Shown here: piece by piece, positions 17,995 to 26,086 of the stretch
Layout of the letters: every line of letters starts with the position of its first letter
Position numbering within the stretch: the stretch's first letter is position 1
Assembly: GCA_963707125.1 (NCBI GenBank)
Contig: CAVPOU010000007.1
Coordinates: forward strand, 22,333-86,332
DNA length: 64,000 nucleotides
Source of the DNA: an uncultured delta proteobacterium
GTDB taxonomy: Bacteria > Desulfobacterota > DSM-4660 > Desulfatiglandales > HGW-15
Direction of reading: 5' to 3'
Notes under the pieces: generated by a model
The model's input: the letters and a program-made list of their open reading frames with translations, nothing else
Told to the model about the DNA's origin: nothing
Database searches by the model: none
Translations under genes and position numbers: made by a program

Positions 17995-18555
17995 CATTCT
18001 AGACTCTTTGTCGTGCCAGGGGCGCTTTCGCATGCCATGGTAAATCGCAATCGACCCTCTACCTGCCCGCTGGACTGACTTCATTTGGTTATCGTCGGTG
18101 GATGATCGCCCCGATCTGCAACGGACTTGGATCAGTAATCGCTCGTTCTTGAGCGACCCCATATACCCATCTGACCTGCTCCCATGAGCCAAGAAATGGA
18201 AATCGAGAGATGCCACCTGGATGGTGACCTCCGCCTTTTTTCGCTCAAAACGCCACCTCTCAACAAATCTCGGGCTTGCTCCTCCTTACGTTCACGGCAC
18301 ACCATACCAGCTCGGACGCCCTCGTCCACCGCAATCCTCCAGTCCTCAACATGCTGTGCCAAGTGTGCGCTTGACACACAACGGCGGATTCCCCTATACT
18401 CCGCCACAACTGAAGCAAGTTCTTATCACCTCACCTCACTGACAGACTGCCCTGGGCTTAAACGCATCGAGGCGAGCGCACCGTCGCCGAAAAGCCTTGC
18501 ATAGAGTCCCGGATTCCCTTAAAGAGAAAGCACATTCTTACAGAGGAGTGCAGAG

Positions 18556-19056
18556 ATGAAAGTACTGGTGGCTTATTATTCGGACAGTGGAAACACAGAG
18601 AAAGTGGCCAAAGCCATTTACGAGGAGCTCAGTTTTGTGGAAAAGAGGCTGACCTCCATCAAGGAGCAAGACCCTGTGAGCGACTGCGATGTCCTATTTC
18701 TGGGTTTTCCGGTTCAGAACCACAGCATTCCGGTGGGGGTTGAAAAGTTCCTGAAAAAAATCCCTGCTGGAAAGAAAATCGCTTTATTCGCTACCCATGG
18801 CTCGTTTCGAGGCGGGGAGTTCGCCATGACGGCCTTCTATTACGCGATGAGCCTCACGGTCAAACAGAAGCTCCTCGGAACCTTTGGATGCCGTGGAGAG
18901 GTGAAACCGCGGGTTCTGGAAAAACTGATGAAACGGCCTCAGGACCGGTATTGGGCCATGGAGGCTCAAAGTGCGGCCGGACACCCGGATGAGGGAGATC
19001 TGGCTGACGCGAGGAAATGGTCCTGGTGGATGCTCATGAAGGCGCAATCCCTCTAG
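18556..19056 (+). CDS. flavodoxin-family protein
   Basis: MKVLVAYYSDSGNTEKVAKAIYEEL is an FMN-binding T/S-x-T-G-x-T-type N-terminus. GAGGAG lies upstream of the ATG. Confidence 0.75.
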   Translation: MKVLVAYYSDSGNTEKVAKAIYEELSFVEKRLTSIKEQDPVSDCDVLFLGFPVQNHSIPVGVEKFLKKIPAGKKIALFATHGSFRGGEFAMTAFYYAMSLTVKQKLLGTFGCRGEVKPRVLEKLMKRPQDRYWAMEAQSAAGHPDEGDLADARKWSWWMLMKAQSL

Positions 19057-19085
19057 CCGGAGAGAACTGTTCCCGTTCCCGCCCC

Positions 19086-19751
19086 TCATCCCGCTGAAAG
19101 TTTCTGGAGCAGGACGCTCGTGGTTCTCTCTGTTCTTTCCTGTTCCAGAATCTTCTGGCCTTCCAGATCCAGCACGTAGAAGACGTCGGCCACCTGGTCG
19201 CCCTTGGTGGCGATCTTGGCGATCCGGATGTCGATGCCGAGGGTGAAGAGGGCGCGGGTGATCCGGTAGAGGAGCCCGATGCGGTCGTCGGCGAACCCCT
19301 CGATGAGAGTGAAGAAGTCGGAGGAGCCGTTGTCTACGAGCACACGAGTGTGACGGGCCGGGGCTTTCCTGCGGAAGAGAAGGGAGGGTTCGGCTTTCTG
19401 CTCCAGACGCTCTGAGAGGGAGAGCGTGGCGTCAAGGGTTGCGGCGAGATCGTCTTTGATCCTTCCCCAGATTTCCTCGGGATGGAGAGGGTCCAGCGGA
19501 GGGGTCACCGTGAAAATGTCCACCGCCGTGCCGTCGCACCAGGTGTAAATGCGGGCGGAGAGGATGTTGATGTTGTTGAGAGCCATGACGCCCGTGACGT
19601 CAAAAAACAGTCCGGCTCTGTCTTGGGCCAGGAAGGTGACGTCATAGGTTCCGCTGGCCGGCGCGGCAGCGGCTTCAAGGCAGAAGGCGTTTTGGATCCC
19701 CTGGGCGGTTGCCTCCCGGAGTCGGCGGTGAAGGGTGATGTGCTGGACCAT
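19086..19751 (-). CDS. stand-alone double-ACT-domain protein resembling the C-terminus of GlnD (PII uridylyltransferase); probable gene fragment
   Basis: VTFLAQDRAGLFFDVTGVMALNNINILSARIYTWCDGTAVDIFTV and FTLIEGFADDRIGLLYRITRALFTLGIDIRIAKIATKGDQVADVFYV are two ACT units. The frame is closed by TAG 13 codons upstream of the Met, so no NT/HD domains are present. Confidence 0.65.
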   Translation of the reverse strand: MVQHITLHRRLREATAQGIQNAFCLEAAAAPASGTYDVTFLAQDRAGLFFDVTGVMALNNINILSARIYTWCDGTAVDIFTVTPPLDPLHPEEIWGRIKDDLAATLDATLSLSERLEQKAEPSLLFRRKAPARHTRVLVDNGSSDFFTLIEGFADDRIGLLYRITRALFTLGIDIRIAKIATKGDQVADVFYVLDLEGQKILEQERTERTTSVLLQKLSAG

Positions 19752-19768
19752 GGCGGCCTGAGGCTCGC

Positions 19769-20259
19769 ATGGGTCGGAGCGCCGGTCACGTTTCTACGGG
19801 AGCCCGGCAAGTGGGTAAAGACAAGAGAGTGGCGCAGCGACTTGATGGAGGCCATGGAGGCATGGACTTGCCCCAGGGACTGCTCCACGGCCAGAAGTAC
19901 AAGAAGTGTGGCCTGCCCCTCCACCAAGAGTCAAGTGCCCAGCAGCAGAGTGCAGGACCTTTCACTTTAGTACCCGGGTTCACTGAGCTTGACCGCTTAT
20001 CCAACAGGGTGGTGGATCTCATCGAAGAGGGGCGCCTGGATGAGGCAGAAGCCGTTTGCCATGAGCTCTTGTCACGCTATCCTGACCAGATCGATGGCAC
20101 GGAAAGGCTGGCGGAAGTCTATGAAGCTCGGGGTGAGAAAAAAAGGCCGCGCAATACTATCGCAAGGCGGCCGAATTTGCACAGACATCTCCCGGGTTTG
20201 ATCAGGAACTCATTGATCGGTACCTCTCGCAGTCAAAGCATTTAGAATCCCAAGAATGA
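19769..20259 (+). pseudogene. degenerate SEC-C-motif / TPR-like small protein, frameshift at A7 run (20138-20144)
   Basis: ..GQKYKKCG.. resembles the SEC-C motif but lacks its cysteines. ..RLDEAEAVCHELLSRYPDQIDGTERLAEVYEARGEKK then continues sensibly only in the next frame (AAQYYRKAAEFAQTSPGFDQELIDRYLSQSKHLESQE*, stop 20257-20259). Confidence 0.4.
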
Positions 20260-20374
20260 ACTGGAATAAGAAGAACTATAAGGAATACCAATCCGCAACA
20301 TAAACAAACTCGCCACATAACGATACGCATACTTCAATACGTGATGCCCTTGGCGGGATTGCAGGATGTCTCCT

Positions 20375-20717
20375 TCATCGGAAAGAAATGCAGCAGGTCG
20401 GAGTTGGAAGGGTTCTTGCCACAGCAGAAGAGGCCAGAAAGGTTTCGAGTTGAAGCTTGTCAATGTTGCGGGTTCTGAGGAGTGCCTGAGGTTCGAGCGA
20501 GGTTTTGAATGAGTGGAAGGAGTTGAACATCAGGGGGTGGAAGTTGATAGTTGGCTAGTTCCCCAGGCTTCACCCATCGGAGTTCATCACAACCAATAGG
20601 CGTTGGCGCACCGTTCAGCCACGAACATTGAAACAGGTGAAGGGTTATGGACTTGGTCTCATAGTCGTGATCGATTTGAAGCAGGTGTTTGACGGCCTTC
20701 ACCTTCATGCCCAGTTC
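20375..20717. repeat. direct repeat, copy 2 (partner 15327-15617)
   Basis: It covers 85 bp downstream of mutT plus its last ~86 codons, aligned by eye to copy 1. Confidence 0.8.
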
Positions 20718-20888
20718 TTCCTGGATCTCTCTTTCAAGACAGGCTTCCAGGCTCTCCCCGGGTTCCTGCTTTCCGCCCGGGAACTCCCAGTACCCGGCAA
20801 GATGGCTTCCTTCAGGCCGTCTCGTGATGAGGAGCTTTCCGTCTTTCCAGACCAGACCTGCGGTCACATGAAAATGGGGCTTGCTCAT
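20460..20888 (-). CDS. mutT: Nudix hydrolase, MutT-like 8-oxo-dGTP diphosphatase
   Basis: GYWEFPGGKQEPGESLEACLEREIQEELG is a Nudix box. Confidence 0.85.
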   Translation of the reverse strand: MSKPHFHVTAGLVWKDGKLLITRRPEGSHLAGYWEFPGGKQEPGESLEACLEREIQEELGMKVKAVKHLLQIDHDYETKSITLHLFQCSWLNGAPTPIGCDELRWVKPGELANYQLPPPDVQLLPLIQNLARTSGTPQNPQH

Positions 20889-20893
20889 GTTTA

Positions 20894-22690
20894 TTATCGG
20901 AGTTCCTTGAGCCGCAGCCTGAGGTAAGCTTCTTCGGCCTCCTGATGGCCGGGCGAAATCTCAACCACCTTCTTATAGGTCTCCATGGCTTCCTTCACGT
21001 TGCCCAGCTTTTCCTGGAGCCGGCCGAGCTGGAGGAGCAGATTCACGTCCTTGGGTTTGAGCTTTGCAATCTGGCCGAGCTGCGCGGCAGCAGCCTCTTC
21101 CTTTTCCAGCTTGAGAAGAGCAAAGACCATGTATTGCCTCAACTCGACATTCTCAGGCCGGGCCTGAATGCCTGTTTCCATGATCTCAGCCATCTGCCTA
21201 AAATCGCTGCGGGCATTGAGGTACTCGAAGACAAAAGGGTAGGGCGCTGGGTCACCGGCATTCAGGGAGAGCAGAGCCCTGGCTGCTGCAAAGGCGGAAT
21301 CTTCTTTTTTCTCCTTCTTATAGAGATCTAACAGGAACCGAAGGGTTTCAACATCCTTTGGATGATTTTTCAGGTATGTTTCAAAATAGGAAAGGCTCTT
21401 TCCCCAGTTCCCTGCCTCATATTCAAGGATGCCGAGATTGTAGAGCACGATTTCGTTATCAGGAGCAAGGGCGTATACCTTTTCATAGAGCTCCTTCAGC
21501 CTCTTCTTGTCCCCTTTCTTGTCCGCGATCTGGGCATGAAGCAACAGGGCTCTGAGGGAGTCGGGCTTTCGCCTGAGCACCTCATCCAGATAGGTTTGTG
21601 CCTCATCCGGGTTGCCTTTATTGAATAAGCTCTCCGCCAGGTTCAGGCGGCTCTCAATGTCCTCGGGTTGAAGCGCCACAGCCTGGGCCAGAAACTGATC
21701 GGCTTTTTCTTTGTCCCCTGTCTTCTCATAGAGAGTGGCCAAGTTGTAGTAGAGGTTCACGTCCTTCTTGTCCAGTTCCGTGGCCTTCAAGTAAGAGGCG
21801 ACGGCCTTGTCCGGATCACCTGTTTCCGTGTAGAGGAACCCGAGAGTCTTATACACAGCCAGCTTCTCTTTCGGATCAAGCCGGCTCATAACAGCCTCGT
21901 ATTCGCGGATTGCGTCCGGGAGCTTTTTCGCTTTTTCAAGAGTTCTTGCAAGCCTCAGCCGGAGTTCCGCGTCATCAGGGGTTTTCTGGAGCAAACGCCT
22001 CAAGACGGACACGGCCCCGTTTGAGTCATTCATGCTCTCGTAGACTTCGAAGAGTTCGAAGAACTTCTGTTCCTCGGGCTTCTCCTTCACCATCTCTTCA
22101 AGCAGTTTCGCGGCCTGAGGCCATCTTTTGAGGGACCGGTACTCCCGGATCAGTCGCTCCCTGATCTTGTTGTCCTGGGGAGCCATGTGCCGCGCTTCTT
22201 CCAGAATGGCGATCCGCCGCTCAGGGTCGATGGTCCTTTCCACTTTATCGAGCCAGTCCTCCACGTACGGTTCAATCACCAGATCCACATAGCCCATGTC
22301 CCGGTTTTTTTCTTTCACAAAGACCCTGATGCTGTGCTGCTGAAACAGGGTTTCCTTTGGGAAGAGGGTTGCCAGTTGGATTTTCTCGTAGGTCAAGGCT
22401 TCGATATCCATGTCGCTCGCGACTAACCTGATCCCGACATTAAAGGTGATGTTGGTGGAGACGGTGAGGATTTTGACGTGATCCTGGGGATGGAGACGAA
22501 GGGTTTCTCCCTTGAGGAGTTTCAGCGGCTGGTCGTTCTTTTCCAGGAGGATGAAGTTGAACTGAGGCGAGACATCGTAAAGGCCCGGCCAGACCCACCA
22601 GATAAAGCAAAAAGCGCCCACCACCAGAAGCAGGGTGACCGCAAAGGCCGTCCTGTTCCTCCGAGGACGCTTGCCTTTTCGCTTCTCCAA
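20894..22690 (-). CDS. membrane-anchored TPR-repeat protein
   Basis: N-terminal basic stretch plus TM segment (AFAVTLLLVVGAFCFIWWVW), then many 34-aa A/Y/L-periodic repeats. Confidence 0.8.
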   Translation of the reverse strand: MEKRKGKRPRRNRTAFAVTLLLVVGAFCFIWWVWPGLYDVSPQFNFILLEKNDQPLKLLKGETLRLHPQDHVKILTVSTNITFNVGIRLVASDMDIEALTYEKIQLATLFPKETLFQQHSIRVFVKEKNRDMGYVDLVIEPYVEDWLDKVERTIDPERRIAILEEARHMAPQDNKIRERLIREYRSLKRWPQAAKLLEEMVKEKPEEQKFFELFEVYESMNDSNGAVSVLRRLLQKTPDDAELRLRLARTLEKAKKLPDAIREYEAVMSRLDPKEKLAVYKTLGFLYTETGDPDKAVASYLKATELDKKDVNLYYNLATLYEKTGDKEKADQFLAQAVALQPEDIESRLNLAESLFNKGNPDEAQTYLDEVLRRKPDSLRALLLHAQIADKKGDKKRLKELYEKVYALAPDNEIVLYNLGILEYEAGNWGKSLSYFETYLKNHPKDVETLRFLLDLYKKEKKEDSAFAAARALLSLNAGDPAPYPFVFEYLNARSDFRQMAEIMETGIQARPENVELRQYMVFALLKLEKEEAAAAQLGQIAKLKPKDVNLLLQLGRLQEKLGNVKEAMETYKKVVEISPGHQEAEEAYLRLRLKELR

Positions 22691-22693
22691 ATC

Positions 22694-23758
22694 CTAACCT
22701 TGGGGCCGGGAATTCTTGCCGGACTGGGTGTTCTTGCCCTCCCAGAGGAGCAAGATGGGGCTCGCCACATAAATGGAAGAATAGGTCCCTGTGACAACCC
22801 CTACGAGTAAGGCGAACGCAAAATCGTGAATAACCGGGCCGCCGAAGATAAGCAGAACGATCAAGACAATCAGGGTCGTCGTGCCTGTTAGAATCGTTCT
22901 GCTCAGGGTCTCATTGATGCTCACATTGATGATCTCCATGAAGGGCTTTTTGCGGAGACGGCCCAGGTTCTCCCTGATCCGGTCAAAGACCACGATGTTA
23001 TCATTCAACGAATAACCGACGACGGTCAGCAGTGCTGCAACCGTCGAAAGGGATACTTCTCGGTCTGTGAGAGCAAAGGCTCCTATGATGACGAAAACAT
23101 CATGCATTAGAGAGACAATCGCTCCCATGGCGTATTTCAATTTCATGAACCAGCACAGGGCAACGCTTAAAGCCAAGGCAATGAAGATGAGCCACGTCAC
23201 GCCGATTCCAAAGAGGGCGGCCAGAGACGTGGCCGCGATGAGAGACCCTGCCATGATGGCACTCATGAGCCACTTCTGCTCGAAGCGGCCAGAGATATAG
23301 ACCGCCATCATCAGCATCGCGTAGAAGATGGCGTAAAGCGCCTTTTTTCTAAGCTCCTCTCCAATCTGAGGCCCCACCATCTCCACCTGGCGGATATCCA
23401 CCTTCTCTCCGAGTTTTGAATTCAGGGCTTTCTGAACGTTGTCCCCGAGGCCTGCAACCCGGACATCAGGGTTTGTAAGTCTGATCAGATATTCAAAGGC
23501 GTTTTTCTCGCCAAACTCCTGAATGATACTGTCCTCGATCTCGGTGGATTTCAGGGCGTCTCTGATTTCTGCAGGGGCATGTTTCTTTTCCAGTTTGACT
23601 TGAATAACAACACCGCCGGCGAAATCAACTCCATAATTTGGCCCACCTCTTATCACCAGAAGCACGACGGTTGCCAGAATGCATATCCCTGAAATGGCAA
23701 AAGCAATGTACCTCTTGCCCACAAAGTCAATGTTGAGTTTACCTTTGAAAATTTCCAT
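22694..23758 (-). CDS. secF: protein translocase subunit SecF
   Basis: NIDFVGKRYIAFAISG...GPNYGVDFAGG and a conserved C-terminal TM bundle. Confidence 0.9.
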   Translation of the reverse strand: MEIFKGKLNIDFVGKRYIAFAISGICILATVVLLVIRGGPNYGVDFAGGVVIQVKLEKKHAPAEIRDALKSTEIEDSIIQEFGEKNAFEYLIRLTNPDVRVAGLGDNVQKALNSKLGEKVDIRQVEMVGPQIGEELRKKALYAIFYAMLMMAVYISGRFEQKWLMSAIMAGSLIAATSLAALFGIGVTWLIFIALALSVALCWFMKLKYAMGAIVSLMHDVFVIIGAFALTDREVSLSTVAALLTVVGYSLNDNIVVFDRIRENLGRLRKKPFMEIINVSINETLSRTILTGTTTLIVLIVLLIFGGPVIHDFAFALLVGVVTGTYSSIYVASPILLLWEGKNTQSGKNSRPQG

Positions 23759-23820
23759 GCGATCACTCCGTATCCGGTCAAACCCCTATGAATGGGCTCA
23801 CAATTATAAGGACGTTCTCC

Positions 23821-23960
23821 CTAAATCCCTCCTGACCTCTCCTTCGACAGGCTCAGGGCAGGCTCTTTAACAAAGGGAGGAATCACCCCTCTTTGGCCGC
23901 TGGCCCATAGGGCTTCTGGCCCGGAGGGAAAAGAGGGGTAAGGGGAGATTTTGCAAACCA
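23821..23960. repeat. intergenic repeat/hairpin element inside the secD-secF spacer
   Basis: ACCCCTCTTT (23885-23894) pairs with AAAGAGGGGT (23930-23939), with flanking AAATCCCTCC / GGGAGGAATC partial arms. The spacer is 268 bp. Confidence 0.55.
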
Positions 23961-24026
23961 TGTCAATTCAAATTCGAGACTGTTCAGAAGAACAAATCTC
24001 GACATTTTCGCGAAAGAATGAAACGA

Positions 24027-25625
24027 TCAGATGCTGATAGTTTTCCACCTCTTGACCACGTACAGGTAATCGAAAGCGATCCGGGACAGATACACGGCAG
24101 TAAGAACATTTGAAACAAGACCGATGAGCAGGGTCACCGCAAACCCTCTCACCGGGCCGGTTCCGAATTGCAGTAACACGAGGGCGGCGATAGCCGTCGT
24201 AAGGTTCGAATCCAGGATGGTCACAAAAGCTCTGGTAAATCCCGCTTCCATGGCTGCCCGGGCTGGTTTCCCCAGCCTTAGCTCCTCTCGGATCCGCTCA
24301 TAGATGAGAACATTGGCATCCACAGACATGGCAATCGAAAGAATGATCCCTGCAATGCCCGGGAGAGTTAATGTGGCGCCGAAAAGGGCCAGACCTCCCA
24401 TGATAAAAGGAATATTCAGCAGCAGGGCGATGTCGGCAATGATCCCGGAAAGACGGTAATAGAAGGCGACCAAGATGAGAATGATACTGAGTCCGATGAC
24501 CATGGATGTGAAGCCCTGATCGATGGAATCCTTTCCGAGGGAAGGACCGACGGTTCTCTCTTCGATGATTTTCACGGGAGCAGGAAGGGCACCGGCCCTT
24601 AACACGATGGCCAGATCCTTGGCGTCATCCATGCTGAACGCACCGGTGATCTGGGCTTTTCCGCCGGAGATCTTGTCCCTGATCACGGGAGCGGAATAGA
24701 TCTTATCATCCAGAACGATCGCCAACCGCTTCCCGACGTTATCTCCGGTGATCCGTTCAAAAACTCTCGCCCCCCTGGAATCAAAGGAAAGGGAGACATA
24801 AGGCTCGCCCATCTGATTGTCGAGCTGGACCCTGGCATCCGTAATGGATTCTCCGGTAAGGGGCGCTCTCTTCTTGAGAAGATAGGGAACATTTGTTTTT
24901 CGGCCCGTCTTCCGATCCACGGCAGCCTCTTGAAGAACCTCGCTTCCCGCAGGCACGTTGCCTTTCAGAGCTTCCTCGATGCTGTTTTCCTCGTCCACCA
25001 GCTTGAATTCCAAACGTGCGGTCTTGCCGATGAGATCGATGGCTCTCTTGGGATCTTTGACGCCAGGCAGCTGGATGAGGATCCTGTAGCCGGCTTGGGG
25101 GCGGATGTCCGGCTCGGAGACACCGAACTGATCGACCCGGTTCCGGATGGTCTCGAGAGCTTGATCCGCCGCCATCTTGAAGATCTGAGTTTTTTCCTGG
25201 TCGATCAGCGAGAGAAAGTAGGTCCGGCCTTTCTCATCTCTCACACCGGGCTCCAGCTTGAAGCTCGGATAGGTTGTTCCCACAAGGGTTTCGAGATCCT
25301 TTGTCTCCTGATCCGGAGCAAGGGTCAGCTCAATTCCCTCGGTCCCTCGCCGTTTCAAATCCAGAACCCTGATCTTGTTTTTCCGAAAATCCGGCTTCAG
25401 ATCCTCGACGACCCTTTCCAGATAGCTTTCTGCAGCCTTCTTCACTTCGACTTCAAGGATCAAGTGCACTCCCCCTTGAAGGTCAAGGCCCAGATGAATC
25501 CTGTCCTTGGGCAGGAGCCCCGACCACCAGGGCGGGAGCTCCTGGCTCAGCGAAGGGACCAGGAATACAAATGCGATTACCAACAATGCTGCGGCTATGC
25601 CCGCGCGCCAGCCAAGTTTTTTCAT
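24027..25625 (-). CDS. secD: protein translocase subunit SecD
   Basis: LGLDLQGGVHLILEV, a periplasmic P1 domain, and a C-terminal TM bundle. Confidence 0.9.
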   Translation of the reverse strand: MKKLGWRAGIAAALLVIAFVFLVPSLSQELPPWWSGLLPKDRIHLGLDLQGGVHLILEVEVKKAAESYLERVVEDLKPDFRKNKIRVLDLKRRGTEGIELTLAPDQETKDLETLVGTTYPSFKLEPGVRDEKGRTYFLSLIDQEKTQIFKMAADQALETIRNRVDQFGVSEPDIRPQAGYRILIQLPGVKDPKRAIDLIGKTARLEFKLVDEENSIEEALKGNVPAGSEVLQEAAVDRKTGRKTNVPYLLKKRAPLTGESITDARVQLDNQMGEPYVSLSFDSRGARVFERITGDNVGKRLAIVLDDKIYSAPVIRDKISGGKAQITGAFSMDDAKDLAIVLRAGALPAPVKIIEERTVGPSLGKDSIDQGFTSMVIGLSIILILVAFYYRLSGIIADIALLLNIPFIMGGLALFGATLTLPGIAGIILSIAMSVDANVLIYERIREELRLGKPARAAMEAGFTRAFVTILDSNLTTAIAALVLLQFGTGPVRGFAVTLLIGLVSNVLTAVYLSRIAFDYLYVVKRWKTISI

Positions 25626-25645
25626 TAAGGTCTACTCCTTCGACG

Positions 25646-25981
25646 TCATTCTTGCGTAGACACGGATTCGTCTCTTCTGAGAATACCCGCCACAGAACCT
25701 CGTGAAACCTTCACTCTGATTTTGGGCGCAATCTCCATGGTCACCACATCCGTGTCGACCCCAGTGATAACTCCATGAAGTCCTCCGGAGGTTACGATTC
25801 TGTCCCCTTTCTTGATGGAGGACAGCAAGGCCTTGTGCTGTTTCGATTTTTTCTGCTGGGGCCTGATGAGCAAAAAGTAGAAGATCGCAAACATCAGGAT
25901 CAGAGGGATGAAGGCACCCATTCCTCCCCCGTCGCCGCCCCCCAAGCCTCCAGTTCCCATGGCGTAAGCTAAAGAATCCAT
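25646..25981 (-). CDS. yajC: preprotein translocase subunit YajC
   Basis: IPLILMFAIFYFLLIRPQQKKSKQHKALLSSIKKGDRIVTSGGLHGVI. GAGGAGG precedes ATG 25981. Confidence 0.85.
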   Translation of the reverse strand: MDSLAYAMGTGGLGGGDGGGMGAFIPLILMFAIFYFLLIRPQQKKSKQHKALLSSIKKGDRIVTSGGLHGVITGVDTDVVTMEIAPKIRVKVSRGSVAGILRRDESVSTQE

Positions 25982-26086
25982 CCTGAAACCTCCTCTTTCA
26001 AATTCAAAGCACTCATTTTTGAACAACCTCTTTTTGTGCTAATCTTGTTCTTATACCATTCCGTCTCAAGCAAAACAACCAAAGAT

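Noticed and set aside
18330-18420. Group II intron 5' end (GTGTGCG) or another known structured RNA (RNase P, tmRNA, SRP) in the ORF-poor region
   Set aside because: No reverse-transcriptase ORF is present. No domain V-like hairpin, GAGGAAAGTCC (RNase P) motif, or tmRNA tag or acceptor features were found by eye.
15200-20460. Intact integrative element or prophage
   Set aside because: No integrase, recombinase, transposase, or phage structural or replication genes were recognisable in any frame. Only the repeat scar and heterogeneous cargo remain, so it is reported as a possible relic.
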